Source: Eledone cirrhosa (Eukaryota). Taken from it: a DNA stretch of 64,000 bases. The notes below the pieces were generated by a model, which was not told the origin of the DNA, searched no databases, and worked only from the letters and a program-made list of their open reading frames with translations. The translations under genes were made by a program, and so were the position numbers. Shown in pieces: positions 34,401-47,300 of this stretch (position 1 is its first letter; each line of letters starts with the position of its first letter). The DNA is taken from NCBI GenBank assembly GCA_964016885.1, contig OZ024742.1, forward strand, positions 744,001 to 808,000, read 5' to 3'.

Positions 34401-37400
34401 AGGTGTGTGGTCTAGTGGTAAAGGTGTTAGTGGAGGTGTGTGGTCTAGTGGTAAAGGTGTTAGTGGAGGTGTGTGGTCTAGTGGTAAAGGTGTTCTGTGT
34501 AGGTGTGTGGTCTAGTGGTAAAGGTGTTCGTGGAAGTGTGTGGTCTAGTGGTAAAGGTCTTAGTGGAGGTGTGTGGTCTAGTGGTAAAGGTGTTCTGTGG
34601 AGGTGTGTGGTCTAGTGGTAAAGGTGTTAGTGGAGGTGTGTGGTCTAGTGGTAAAGGTGTTCTGTGTAGGTGTGTGGTCTAGTGGTAAAGTTGTTAGTGG
34701 AGGTGTGTGGTCTAGTGGTAAAGGTGTTCTTTGGAGGTGTGTGGTCTAGTGGTAAAGGTGTTAGTGGAGGTGTGTGGTCTAGTGGTAAAGGTGTTAGTGG
34801 AGGTATGTGGTCTAGTGGTAAAGGTGTTCTGTAGAGGTGTGTGGTCTAGTGGTAAAGGTGTTCTGTGGAGGTGTGTGGTCTAGTGGTAAAGGTGTTAGTG
34901 GAGGTGTGTGGTCTAGTGGTAAAGTTGTTCTGTAGAGGTGTGTGGTCTAGTGATAAAGGTGTTCTGTGGAGGTGTGTGGTCTAGTGGTAAAGGTCTTCTG
35001 TGGAAGTGTGTGGTCTAGTGGTAAAGGTGTTAGTGGAGGTGTGTGGCCTAGTGGTAAAGGTGTTCTGTGGAGGTGTGGTCTAGTGGTAAAGGTGTTCTGT
35101 GGAGGTGTGTGGTCTAGTGGTAAAGGTGTTCTGTAGAGGTGTGTGGTCTAGTTGTAAAGGTGTTAGTGGAGGTGTGTGGCCAAGTGGTAAAGGTGTTCTG
35201 TGGAGGTGTGTGGTCTCGTGGTAAAGGTGTTCTGTAAAGGTGTGTGGTCTAGTGGTAAATGTCTTCTGTGGAGGTGTGTTGTCTCGTGGTAAAGGTGTTC
35301 TGTAGAGGTGTGTGGTCTAGTGGTAAAGGTATTCTGTAGAGGTGTGTGGTCTAGTGGTAAAGGTGTTCTGTGGAGGTGTGTGGTCTAGTAGTAAAGGTGT
35401 TCTGTGGAGGTGTGTGGTCTAGTGGTAAAGGTGTTAGTGGAGGTGTGTGGTCTAGTGGTAAAGGTGTTCTGTGGAGGTGTGTGGTCTCGTGGTAAAGGTG
35501 TTCTGTAGAGGTGTGTGGTCTAGTGGTAAAGGTGTTAGAGGAGGTGTGTGGTCTAGTGGTAAAGGTGTTAGTGGAGGTGTGTAGTCTAGTGGTAAAGGTG
35601 TTAGTGGAGGTGTGTGGTCTAGTGGTAAAGGTGTTAGTGGAGGTGTGTGGTCTAGTGGTAAAGGTGTTGTGTAGAGGTGTGTGGTCTAGTGGTAAAGGTG
35701 TTCTGTGGAGGTGTGTGGTCTAGTGGTAAAGGTGTTAGTGGAGGTGTGTGGTCTAGTGGTAAAGGTGTTAGTGGAGGTGTGTGGTCTAGTGGTAAAGGTG
35801 TTCTGTAGAGTTGTGTGGTCTAGTGGTAAAGGTGTTCTGTGGAGGTGTGTGGTCTAGTGGTAAAGGTGTTAGTGGAGGTGTGTGGTCTAGTGGTAAGGGT
35901 GTTCTGTGGAGGTGTGTGGTCTATTGGTAAAGGTGTTAGTGGAGGTGTGTGGGCTAGTGGTAAAGGTGTTAGTGGAGGTGTGTGGTCTAGTGGTAAAGGT
36001 GTTCTGTAGAGGTGTGTGGTCTAGTGGTAAAGGTGTTAGTGGAGGTGTGTGGTCTAGTGGTAAAGGTGTTCTGTGGAGGTGTGTGGTCTAGTGGTAAAGG
36101 TGTTCTGTAGAGTTGTGTGGTCTAGTGGTAAAGGTGTTCTGTGGAGGTGTGTGGTCTAGTGGTAAAGGTGTTAGTGGAGGTGTGTGGTCTAGTGGTAAAG
36201 GTGTTCTTTGGAGGTGTGTGGTCTAGTGGTAAAGGTGTTAGTGGAGGTGTGTGGTCTAGTGGTAAAGGTGTTAGTGGAGGTGTGTGGTCTAGTGGTAAAG
36301 GTGTTAGTGGAGGTGTGTGGTCTAGTGGTAAAGGTGTTCTGCAGAGGTGTGTGGTCTAGTGGTAAAGGTGTTCTGTGGAGGTGTGTGGTCTAGTGGTAAA
36401 GGTGTTAGTGAAGGTGTGTGGTCTAGTGGTAAAGGTGTTAGTGGAGGTGTGTGGTCTAGTGGTAAAGGTGTTAGTAGAGGTGTGTGGTCTAGTGGTAAAG
36501 GTGTTCTGTGGAGGTGTGTGGTCTAGTGGTAAAGGTGTTAGTGGAGGTGTGTGGCCTAGTGGTAAAGGTGTTCTGTGGAGGTGGGTTCTAGTGGTAAAGG
36601 TGTTCTGTGGAGGTGTGTGGTCTAGTGGTAAAGGTGTTCTGTGGAGGTGTGTGGTCTAGTGGTAAAGGTGTTAGTGAAGGTGTGTGGTCTAGTGGTAAAG
36701 GTGTTAGTGGAGGTGTGTGGTCTAGTGGTAAAGGTGTTAGTAGAGGTGTGTGGTCTAGTGGTAAAGGTGTTCTGTAGAGGTGTGTGGTCTAGTGGTAAAG
36801 GTGTTAGTGGAGGTGTGTGGCCTAGTGGTAAAGGTGTTCTGTGGAGGTGTGTGGTCTGGTGGCAAAGGTGTTCTGTAAAGGTGTGTGGTCTAGTGGTAAA
36901 GGCGTTCTGTAAAGGTGTGTGGTCTAGTGGTAAATGTCTTCTGTAGAGGTGTGTGGTCTAGTAGTAAAGGTGTTCTGTAGAGGTGTGTGGTCTAGTGGTA
37001 AAGGTCTTCTGTAGATGTGTGTGGCCTAGTGGTAAAGGTGTTAGTGGAGGTGTGTGGTCTAGTGGTAAAGGTGTTCTGTAGAGGTGTGTGGTCTAGTGGT
37101 ATAGGTGTTAGTGGAGGTGTGTGGTCTAGTGGTAAAGGTGTTCTGTAGAGGTGTGTGGTCTAGTGGTAAAGGTGTTAGTGGAGGTGTGTGGCCTAGTGGT
37201 AAAGGTGTTCTGTGGAGGTGTGTGGTCTAGTGGTAAAGGTGTTCTGTGGAGGTGTGTGGTCTAGTGGTAAAGGTGTTCTGTAGAGGTGTGTGGTCTAGTG
37301 GTATAAGTGATCTGTGGAGGTGTGTGGTCTAGTGGTATAGGTGTTCTGTGGAGGTGTGTGGTCTAGTGGTAAAGGTGTTCTGTAGAGGTGTGTGGTCTAG

Positions 37401-38049
37401 TGGTAAAGGTGTTAGTGGAGGTGCGTGGTCTAGTGGTAAAGGTGTTCTGTAGAGGTTTGTGGTTTAGTGGTAAAGGTGTTCTGTGGAGGTGTGTGGTCTA
37501 GTGGTATAGGTGTTCTGTGGAGGTGTGTGGTCTAGTGGTATAGGTGTTCTGTGGAGGTGTGTGGTCTAGTGGTAAAGGTGTTAGTGGAGGTGTGTGGTCT
37601 AGTGGTAAAGGTGTTCTGTAGAGGTGTGTGGTCTAGTGGTAAAGGTGTTAGTGGAGGTGTGTGGTCTAGTGGTAAAGGTGTTAGTGGAGGTCTGTGTTCT
37701 AGTGGTAAAGGTGTTCTGTGTAGGTGTGTGGTCTAGTGGTAAAGGTGTTAGTGGATGTGTGTGGTCTAGTGGTAAAGGTGTTCTGTGGAGGTGTGTGGTC
37801 TAGTGGTAAAGGTGTTAGTGGAGGTGTGTGGTCTAGTGGTAAAGGTGTTCTGTGTAGGTGTGTGGTCTAGTGGTAAAGGTGTTCGTGGAAGTGTGTGGTC
37901 TAGTGGTAAAGGTGTTAGTGGAGGTGTGTGGTCTAGTGGTAAAGGTGTTCTGTGGAGGTGTGTGGTCTAGTGGTAAAGGTGTTAGTGGAGGTATGTGGTC
38001 TAGTGGTAAAGGTGTTCTGTGTAGGTGTGTGGTCTAGTGGTAAAGGTGT

Positions 38050-38500
38050 TAGTGGAGGTGTGTGGTCTAGTGGTAAAGGTGTTAGTGGAGGTGTGTGGTC
38101 TAGTGGTAAAGCTGTTCTGTAGAGGTGTGTGGTCTTGTGTAAAGGTGTTCTGTAGAGGTGTGTGGTCTAGTGGTAAAGGTGTTAATGGAGGTGTCTGGTC
38201 TAGTGGTAAAGGTGTTCTGTTGAGGTGTGTGGTCTAGTGGTAAAGGTGTTAGTGGAGGTGTGTGGTCTAGTGGTAAAGGTGTTAGTGGAGGTGTGTGGTC
38301 TAGTGGTAAAGGTGTTAGTGGAGGTGTGTGGTCTAGTGGTAAAGCTGTTCTGTAGAGGTGTGTGGTCTTGTGTAAAGGTGTTCTGTAGAGGTGTGTGGTC
38401 TAGTGGTAAAGGTGTTAATGGAGGTGTCTGGTCTAGTGGTAAAGGTGTTCTTTTGAGGTGTGTGGTCTAGTGGTAAAGGTGTTAGTGGAGGTGTGTGGTC
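38050..38500. repeat. Local tandem duplication, 233-bp period (approximate ends)
   Basis: The private marker chain AAAGCTGTTC, GGTCTTGTGTAAA, TTAATGG, GTGTCTGG, TTGAGG begins at 38111 and again at 38344. Confidence 0.85.
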
Positions 38501-40379
38501 TAGTGGTAAAGGTGTTAGTGGAGGTGTGGTCTAGTGGTAAAGGTGTTAGTGGAGGTGTGTGGTCTAGTGGTAAAGGTGTTCTGTGGAGGGTTGTGGTCTA
38601 GTGGTAAAGGTGTTAGTGGAGGTGTGCGGTCTAGTGGTAAAGGTGTTGTGTAGGTGTGTGGTCTAGTGGTAAAGGTGTTAGTGGAGGTGTGTGGTCTAGT
38701 GGTAAAGGTGTTAGTGGAGGTCTGTGGTCTAGTGGTAAAGGTGTTAGTGGAGGTGTGTGGTCTAGTGGTAAAGGTGTTCTGTGTAGGTGTGTGGTCTAGT
38801 GGTAAAGGTGTTAGTGGAGGTGTGTGGTCTAGTGGTAAAGGTGTTCTGTGGCGGTGTGTGGTCTAGTGGTAAAGGTGTTAGTGGAGGTGTGTGGTCTAGT
38901 GGTAAAGGTGTTCTGTGGAGGTGTGTGGTCTAGTGGTGAAGGTGTTCTGTAGAGGTGTTTGGTCTAGTGGTAAAGGTGTTCTGTGGAGGTGTGTGGTCTA
39001 GTGGTAAAGGTGTTAGTGGAGGTGTGTGGTCTAGTGGTAAAGGTGTTCTTTGGAGGTGTGTGGTCTAGTGGTAAAGGTGTTAGTGAGGTGTGTGGTCTAG
39101 TGGTAAAGGTGTTAGTGGAGGTGTGTGGTCTAGTGGTAAAGGTGTTCTTTGGAGGTGTGTGGTCTAGTGGTAAAGGTGTTCTGTGGAGGTGTGTGGTCTA
39201 GTGGTAAAGGTGTTAGTGAAGGTGTGTGGTCTAGTGGTAAAGGTGTTAGTGGAGGTGTGTGGTCTAGTGGTAAAGGTGTTAGTAGAGGTGTGTGGTCTAG
39301 TGGTAAATGTGTTCTGTGGAGGTGTGTGGTCTAGTGGTAAAGGTGTTGTGGAGGTGTGTGGTCTAGTGGTAAAGGTGTTAGTGGAGGTGTGTGGCCTAGT
39401 GGTAAAGGTGTTCTGTGGAGGTGGGGTCTAGTGGTAAAGGTGTTCTGTGGAGGTGTGTGGCCTAGTGGTAAAGGTGTTCTGTGGAGGTGTGTGGTCTAGT
39501 GGTAAAGGTGTTAGTGGAGGTGTGTGGTCTAGTGGTAAAGGTGTTCTGTAGAGGTGTGTGGTCTAGTGGTAAAGGTGTTAGTGGAGGTGTGTGGCCTAGT
39601 GGTAAAGGTGTTCTGTGGAGGTGTGTGGTCTGGTGGCAAAGGTGTTCTGTAAAGGTGTGTGGTCTAGTGGTAAAGGCGTTCTGTAAAGGTGTGTGGTCTA
39701 GTGGTAAATGTCTTCTGTAGAGGTGTGTGGTCTAGTAGTAAAGGTGTTCTGTGGAGGTGTGTGGTCTAGTGGTAAAGGTCTTCTGTAGATGTGTGTGGTC
39801 TAGTGGTAAAGGTGTTAGTGGAGGTGTGTGTGGTCTAGTGGTAAAGGTGTTCTGTAGAGGTGTGTGGTCTAGTGGTATAGGTGTTAGTGGAGTAGTGTGG
39901 TCTAGTGCTAAAGGTGTTCTGTAGAGGTGTGTGGTCTAGTGGTAAAGGTATTCTGTAGAGGTGTGTGGTCTAGTGGTAAACGTGTTCTGTGGAGGTGTGT
40001 GGTCTAGTAGTAAAGGTGTTCTGTGGAGGTGTGTGGTCTCGTGGTAAAGGTGTTCTGTGGAGGTGCGTGGTCTAGTGGTAAAGGTATTCTGTGGAGGTGT
40101 GTGGTCTAGTGGTAAAGGTGTTAGAGGAGGTGTGTGGTCTAGTGGTAAAGCTGTTCTGTAGAGGTGTGTGGTCTTGTGGTAAAGGTGTTCTGTGGAGGTG
40201 CGTGGTCTAGTGGTAAAGGTATTCTGTGGAGGTGTGTGGTCTAGTGGTAAAGGTGTTAGTGGAGGTGTGTGGTCTAGTGGTAAAGCTGTTCTGTAGAGGT
40301 GTGTGGTCTTGTGGTAAAGGTGTTCTGTAGAGGTGTGTGGTCTAGTGGTAAAGGTGTTCTGTGTGGGTGTGTGGTCTAG

Positions 40380-41390
40380 TGGTAAAGGTGTTCTGTGGAG
40401 GTGTGTGGTCTAGTGGTAAAGGTGTTCTGTGGAGGTGTGTGGTCTAGTGGTAAAGGTGTTAGTGGAGATGTGTTGTCTAGTCGTAAAGGTGTTAGTGGAG
40501 GTGTGTGGTCTAGTGGTAAAGGTGTTCTGTGGAGGTGTGTGGTCTAGTGGTAAAGGTGTTCTGTGGAGGTGTGTGGTCTAGTGGTAAAGGTGTTAGTGGA
40601 GGTGTGTGGTCTAGTGGTAAAGGTGTTAGTGGAGATGTGTGGTTTAGTGGTAAAGGTGTTCTGTAGAGGTGTGTGGTCTAGTGGTAAAGGTGTTCTGTGG
40701 CGGTGTGTGGTCTAGTGGTAAAGGTGTTAATGGAGGTGTGTGGTCTAGTGGTAAAGGTGTTCTGTGGCGGTGTGTGGTCTAGTGGTAAAGGTGTTCTGTG
40801 GAGGTGTGTGGTCTAGTGGTAAAGGTGTTAGTGGAGGTGTGTGGTTTAGTGGTAAAGGTGTTCTGTAGAGGTGTGTGGTCTAGTGGTAAAGGTGTTCTGT
40901 GGAGGTGTGTGGTCTAGTGGTAAAGGTGTTCTGTGGAGGTGTGTGGTCTAGTGGTAAAGGTGTTAGTGGAGATGTGTTGTCTAGTCGTAAAGGTGTTAGT
41001 GGAGGTGTGTGGTCTAGTGGTAAAGGTGTTCTGTGGAGGTGTGTGGTCTAGTGGTAAAGGTGTTCTGTGGAGGTGTGTGGTCTAGTGGTAAAGGTGTTAG
41101 TGGAGGTGTGTGGTCTAGTGGTAAAGGTGTTAGTGGAGATGTGTGGTTTAGTGGTAAAGGTGTTCTGTAGAGGTGTGTGGTCTAGTGGTAAAGGTGTTCT
41201 GTGGCGGTGTGTGGTCTAGTGGTAAAGGTGTTAATGGAGGTGTGTGGTCTAGTGGTAAAGGTGTTCTGTGGCGGTGTGTGGTCTAGTGGTAAAGGTGTTC
41301 TGTGGAGGTGTGTGGTCTAGTGGTAAAGGTGTTAGTGGAGGTGTGTGGTTTAGTGGTAAAGGTGTTCTGTAGAGGTGTGTGGTCTAGTGG
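40380..41390. repeat. Local tandem duplication, 504-bp period (approximate ends)
   Basis: TCGTAAA at 40481/40985 and TTAATGG at 40727/41231. Confidence 0.82.
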
Positions 41391-44300
41391 TAAAGGTGTT
41401 CTGTGGAGGTGTGTGGTCTAGTGGTATAGGTGTTCTGTGGAGGTCTGTGGTCTAGTGGTAAAGGTGTTAGTGGAGGTGTGTGGTCTAGTGGTAAAGGTGT
41501 TCTGTAGAGGTGTGTGGTCTAGTGGTAAAGGTGTTAGTGGAGGTGTGTGGTCTAGTGGTAAAGGTGTTAGTGGAGGTGTGTGGTCTAGTGGTAAAGGTGT
41601 TCTGGAGAGGTGTGTGGTCTAGTGGTAAAGGTGTTCTGTGGAGGTGTGTGGTCTAGTGGTAAAGGTGTTGTGTGGAGGTGTGTGGTCTAGTGGTAAAGGT
41701 GTTAGTGGAGGTGTGTGTTCTAGTGGTAAAGGTGTTCTGTAGAGGTGTGTGGTCTAGTGGTAAAGGTGTTAGTGGAGGTGTGTGGCCTAGTGGAAAAGGT
41801 GTTCTGTGGAGGTGTGTGGTCTAGTGGTAAAGGTGTGTGGTCTAGTGGTAAAGGTGTGTGGTCTAGTGGTAAAGGTGTTCTGTGGAGGTGTGTGGTCTAG
41901 TGGTAAAGGTGTTCTGTAGAGGTGTGTGGTCTAGTGGTATAGGTGTTAGTGGAGGTGTGTGGTCTAGTGGTAAAGGTGTTTTGTAGAGGTGTGTGGTCTA
42001 GTGGTATAGGTGTTCTGTGGAGGTGTGTGGTCTAGTGGTATAGGTGTTCTGTGGAGGTGTGTGGTCTAGTGGTAAAGGTGTTCTGTAGAGGTGTGTGGTC
42101 TAGTGGTAAAGGTGTTAGTGGAGGTGTGTGGTCTAGTGGTAAAGGTGTTCTGTAGAGGTTTGTGGTATAGTGGTAAAGGTGTTCTGTGGAGGTGTGTGGT
42201 CTAGTGGTAAAGGTGTTCTTTGGAGGTGTGTGGTCTAGTGGTAAAGGTGTTAGTGGAGGTGTGTGGTCTAGTGGTAAAGGTGTTAGTGGAGGTGTGTGGT
42301 CTAGTGGTAAAGGTGTTCTGCAGAGGTGTGTGGTCTAGTGGTAAAGGTGTTCTGTGGAGGTGTGTGGTCTAGTGGTAAAGGTGTTAGTGGAGGTGTGTGG
42401 CCTAGAGTTAAAGGTGTTCTGTGGAGGTGGGGTCTAGTGGTAAATGTGTTCTGTGGAGGTGTGTGGTCTAGTGGTAAAGGTGTTCTGTGGAGGTGTGTGG
42501 TCTAGTGGTAAAGGTGTTAGTGGAGGTGTGTGGTCTAGTGGTAAAGGTGTTCTGTAGAGGTGTGTGGTCTAGTGGTAAAGGTGTTAGTGGAGGTGTGTGG
42601 CCTAGTGGTAAAGGTGTTCTGTGGAGGTGTGTGGTCTGGTGGCAAAGGTGTTCTGTAAAGGTGTGTGGTCTAGTGGTAAAGGCGTTCTGTAAAGGTGTGT
42701 GGTCTAGTGGTAAATGTGTTCTGTAGAGGTGTGTGGTCTAGTAGTAAAGGTGTTCTGTAGAGGTGTGTGGTCTAGTGGTAAAGGTCTTCTGTAGATGTGT
42801 GTGGCCTAGTGGTAAAGGTGTTAGTGGAGGTGTGTGGTCTAGTGGTAAAGGTGTTCTATAGAGGTGTGTGGTCTAGTGGTATAGGTGTTAGTGGAGGTGT
42901 GTGGTCTAGTGGTAAAGGTGTTCTGTAGAGGTGTGTGGTCTAGTGGTAAAGGTGTGTGGTCTAGTGGTAAAGGTGTTAGTGGAGGTGTGTGGCCTAGTGG
43001 TAAAGGTGTTCTGTAGAGGTGTGTGGTCTAGTGGTTTAGGTGTTCTGTGGAGGTGTGTGGTCTAGTGGTATAGGTGTTCTGTGGAGGTGTGTCGTCTAGT
43101 GGTAAAGGTGTTCTGTAGAGGTGTGTGGTCTAGTGGTAAAGGTGTTAGTGGAGGTGTGTGGTCTAGTGGTAAAGGTGTTCTGTAGAGGTTTGTGGTAAAG
43201 GTATTCTGTGGAGGTGTGTGGTCTAGTGGTAAAGGTGTTAGTGGAGGTGTGTGGTCTAGTGGTAAAGGTGTTCTGTAGAGGTGTGTGGTCTAGTGGTAAA
43301 GGTGTTAGTGGAGGTGTGTGGTCTAGTGGTAAAGGTGTTAGTGGAGGTCTGTGGTCTAGTGGTAAAGGTGTTCTGTGTAGGTGTGTGGTCTAGTGGTAAA
43401 GGTGTTAGTGGATGTGTGTGGTCTAGTGGTAAAGGTGTTCTGTGGAGGTGTGTGGTCTAGTGGTAAAGGTGTTAGTGGAGGTGTGTGGTCTAGTGGTAAA
43501 GGTGTTCTGTGTAGGTGTGTGGTCTAGTGGTAAAGGTGTTCGTGGAAGTGTGTGGTCTAGTGGTAAAGGTGTTAGTGGAGGTGTGTGGGCTAGTGGTAAA
43601 GGTGTTCTGTGGAGGTGTGTGGTCTAGTGGTAAAGGTCTTCTGTGGAAGTGTGTGGTCTAGTGGTAAAGGTGTTAGTGGAGGTGTGTGGCCTAGTGGTAA
43701 AGGTGTTCTGTGGAGGTGTGGTCTAGCGGTAAAGGTGTACTGTGGAGGTGTGTGGTCTAGTGGTAAAGGTGTTCTGTAGAGGTGTGTGGTCTAGTTGTAA
43801 AGGTGTTAGTGGAGGTGTGTGGCCTAGTGGTAAAGGTGTTCTGTGGAGGTGTGTGGTCTCGTGGTAAAGGTGTTCTGTAAAGGTGTGTGGTCTAGTGGTA
43901 AATGTCTTCTGTAGAGGTGTGTTGTCTCGTGGTAAAGGTGTTCTGTAGAGGTGTGGTCTAGTGGTAAAGGTATTCTGTAGAGGTGTGTGGTCTAGTGGTA
44001 AAGGTGTTAGTGGAGGTGTGTGGTCTAGTGGTAAAGGTGTTAGTGGAGGTGTGTTGTCTAGTGGTATAGGTGTTAGTGGAGGTGTGTGGTCTAGTGGTAA
44101 AGGTGTTCTGTAGAGGTGTGTGGTCTAGTGGTAAAGGTGTTCTGTGGAGGTGTGTGGTCTAGTGGTAAAGGTGTTCTGTGGAGGTGTGTGGTCTAGTGGT
44201 AAAGGTGTTAGTGGAGGTGTGTGGTCTAGTGGTAAAGGTGTTAGTGGAGATGTGTGGTTTAGTGGTAAAGGTGTTCTGTAGAGGTGTGTGGTCTAGTGGT

Positions 44301-47300
44301 AAAGGTGTTCTGTGGCGGTGTGTGGTCTAGTGGTAAAGGTGTTAGTGGAGGTGTGTGGTCTAGTGGTAAAGGTGTTCTGTAGAGGAGTGTGGTCTAGTGG
44401 TAAAGGTGTTCTGTGGCGGTGTGTGGTCTAGTGGTAAAGGCGTTCTGTGGAGGTGTGTGGTCTAGTGGTAAAGGTGTTAGTGGAGGTGTGTGGTTTAGTG
44501 GTAAAGGTGTTCTGTAGAGGTGTGTGGTCTAGTGGTAAATGTGTTCTGTGGAGGTGTGTGGTCTAGTGGTAAAGGTGTTAGTGGAGGTGTGTGGTCTAGT
44601 GGTAAAGGTGTTCTGTGGAGGTGTGTGATCTAGTGGTAAAGGTGTTAGTGGAGGTGTGTGGTCTAGTGGTAAAGGTGTTAGTGGAGGTGTGTGGTTTAGT
44701 GGTAAAGGTGTTCTGTAGAGGTGTGTGGTCTAGTGGTAAAGGTGTTCTGTGGTCTAGTGGTAAAGGTGTTAGTGGAGGTGTGTGGTCTAGTGGTAAAGGT
44801 GTTCTGTAGGTGTGTGGTCTAGTGGTAAAGGTGTGTGGTCTAGTGGTAAAGGTGTTAGTGGAGGTGTGTGGCCTAGTGGTAAAGGTGTTCTGTGGAGGTG
44901 TGTGGTCTAGTGGTAAAGGTGTTCTGTGGAGGTGTGTGGTCTAGTGGTAAAGGTGTTCTGTAGAGGTGTGTGGTCTAGTGGTATAGGTGTTAGTGGAGGT
45001 GTGTGGCCTAGTGGTAAAGGTGTTCTGTAGAGGTGTGTGGTCTAGTGGTATAGGTGTTCTGTGGAGGTGTGTGGTCTAGTGGTATCGGTGTTCTGTGGAG
45101 GTGTGTGGTCTAGTGGTAAAGGTGTTCTGTAGAGGTGTGTGGTCTAGTGGTAAAGGTGTTAGTGGAGGTGTGTGGTCTAGTGGTAAAGGTGTTCTGTAGA
45201 GGTTTGTGGTTTAGTGGTAAAGGTGTTCTGTGGAGGTGTGTGGTCTAGTGGTAAAGGTGTTCTTTGGAGGTGTGTGGTCTAGTGGTAAAGGTGTTAGTGG
45301 AGGTGTGTGGTCTAGTGGTAAAGGTGTTAGTGGAGGTGTGTGGTCTAGTGGTAAAGGTGTTCTGCAGAGGTGTGTGGTCTAGTGGTAAAGGTGTTCTGTG
45401 GAGGTGTGTGGTCTAGTGGTAAAGGTGTTAGTGAAGGTGTGTGGTCTAGTGGTAAAGGTGTTAGTGGAGGTGTGTGGTCTAGTGGTAAAGTTGTTAGTAG
45501 AGGTGTGTGGTCTAGTGGTAAAAGTGTTCTGTGGAGTTGTGTGGTCTAGTGGTATAGGTGTTCTGTGGAGGTGTGTGGTCTAGTGGTATAGGTGTTCTGT
45601 GGAGGTGTGTGGTCTAGTGGTAAAGGTGTTAGTGGAGGTGTGTGGTCTAGTGGTAAAGGTGTTCTGTAGAGGTGTGTGGTCTAGTGGTAAAGGTGTTAGT
45701 GGATGTGTGTGGTCTAGTGGTAAAGGTGTTCTGTGGAGGTGTGTGGTCTAGAGGTAAAGGTGTTAGTGGAGGTGTGTGGTCTAGTGGTAAAGGTGTTAGT
45801 GGAGGTCTGTGGTCTAGTGGTAAAGGTGTTCTGTGTAGGTGTGTGGTCTAGTGGTAAAGGTGTTAGTGGATGTGTGTGGTCTAGTGGTAAAGGTGTTCTG
45901 TGGAGGTGTGTGGTCTAGTGGTAAATGTGTTAGTGGAGGTGTGTGGTCTAGTGGTAAAGGTGTTCTGTGTAGGTGTGTGGTCTAGTGGTAAAGGTGTTCG
46001 TGGAAGTGTGTGGTCTAGTGGTAAAGGTGTTCTGTGGAGGTGTGTGGTCTAGTGGTAAAGGTGTTAGTGGAGGTGTGTGGTCTAGTGGTAAAGGTGTTCT
46101 TTGTAGGTGTGTGGTCTAGTGGTAAAGGTGTTAGTGGAGGTGTGTGGTCTAGTGGTAAAGGTGTTCTTTGGAGGTGTGTGGTCTAGTGGTAAAGGTGTTA
46201 GTGGAGGTATGTGGTCTAGTGGTAAAGGTGTTCTGTAGAGGTGTGTGGTCTAGTGGTAAAGGTGTTCTGTGGTCTAGTGGTAAAGGTGTTAGTGTAGGTG
46301 TGTGGTCTAGTGGTAAAGGTGTGTGGTCTAGTGGTAAAGGTGTTAGTGGAGGTGTGTGGCCTAGTGGTAAAGGTGTTCTGTGGAGGTGTGTGGTCTAGTG
46401 CTAAAGGTGTTAGTGGAGGTATGTGGTCTAGTGGTAAAGGTGTTCTGTAGAGGTGTGTGGTCTAGTGGTAAAGGTGTTCTGTGGTCTAGTGGTAAAGGTG
46501 TTAGTGTAGGTGTGTGGTCTAGTGGTAAAGGTGTTCTGTGGTCTAGTGGTAAAGGTGTTAGTGTAGGTGTGTGGTCTAGTGGTAAAGGTGTGTGGTCTAG
46601 TGGTAAAGGTGTTAGTGGAGGTGTGTGGCCTAGTGGTAAAGGTGTTCTGTGGAGGTGTGTGGTCTAGTGGTAAAGGTGTTCTGTGGAGGTGTGTGGTCTA
46701 GTGGTAAAGGTGTTCTGTAGAGGTGTGTGGTCTAGTGGTATAGGTGTTAGTGGAGGTGTGTGGTCTAGTGGTAAAGGTGTTCTGTAGAGGTGTGTGGTCT
46801 AGTGGTATAGGTGTTCTGTGGAGGTGTGTGGTCTAGTGGTAAAGGTGTTCTGTAGAGGTGTGTGGTCTAGTGGTAAAGGTGTTAGTGGAGGTGTGTGGTC
46901 TAGTGGTAAAGGTGTTCTGTAGAGGTTTGTGGTTTAGTGGTAAAGGTGTTAGTGGAGGTGTGTGGTCTAGTGGTAAAGGTGTTCTGTAGAGGTGTGTGGT
47001 CTAGAGGTAAAGGTGTTAGTGGAGGTGTGTGGTCTAGTGGTAAAGGTGTTAGTGGAGGTGTGTGGTCTAGTGGTATAGGTGTTCTGTGGAGGTGTGTGGT
47101 CTAGTGGTATAGGTGTTCTGTGGAGGTGTGTGGTCTAGTGGTATAGGGGTTCTGTGGAGGTGTGTGGTCTAGTGGTAAAGGTGTTAGTGGAGGTGTGTGG
47201 TCTAGTGGTAAAGGTGTTCTGTAGAGGTGTGTGGTCTAGAGGTAAAGGTGTTAGTGGAGGTGTGTGGTCTAGTGGTAAAGGTGTTAGTGGAGGTGTGTGG

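Noticed and set aside
36856-36862. Chi-like CTGGTGG
   Set aside because: It matches 7 of 8 bases of GCTGGTGG. It is a single A-to-G variant propagated by duplication to about five sites, and it does not coincide with the junctions I mapped.
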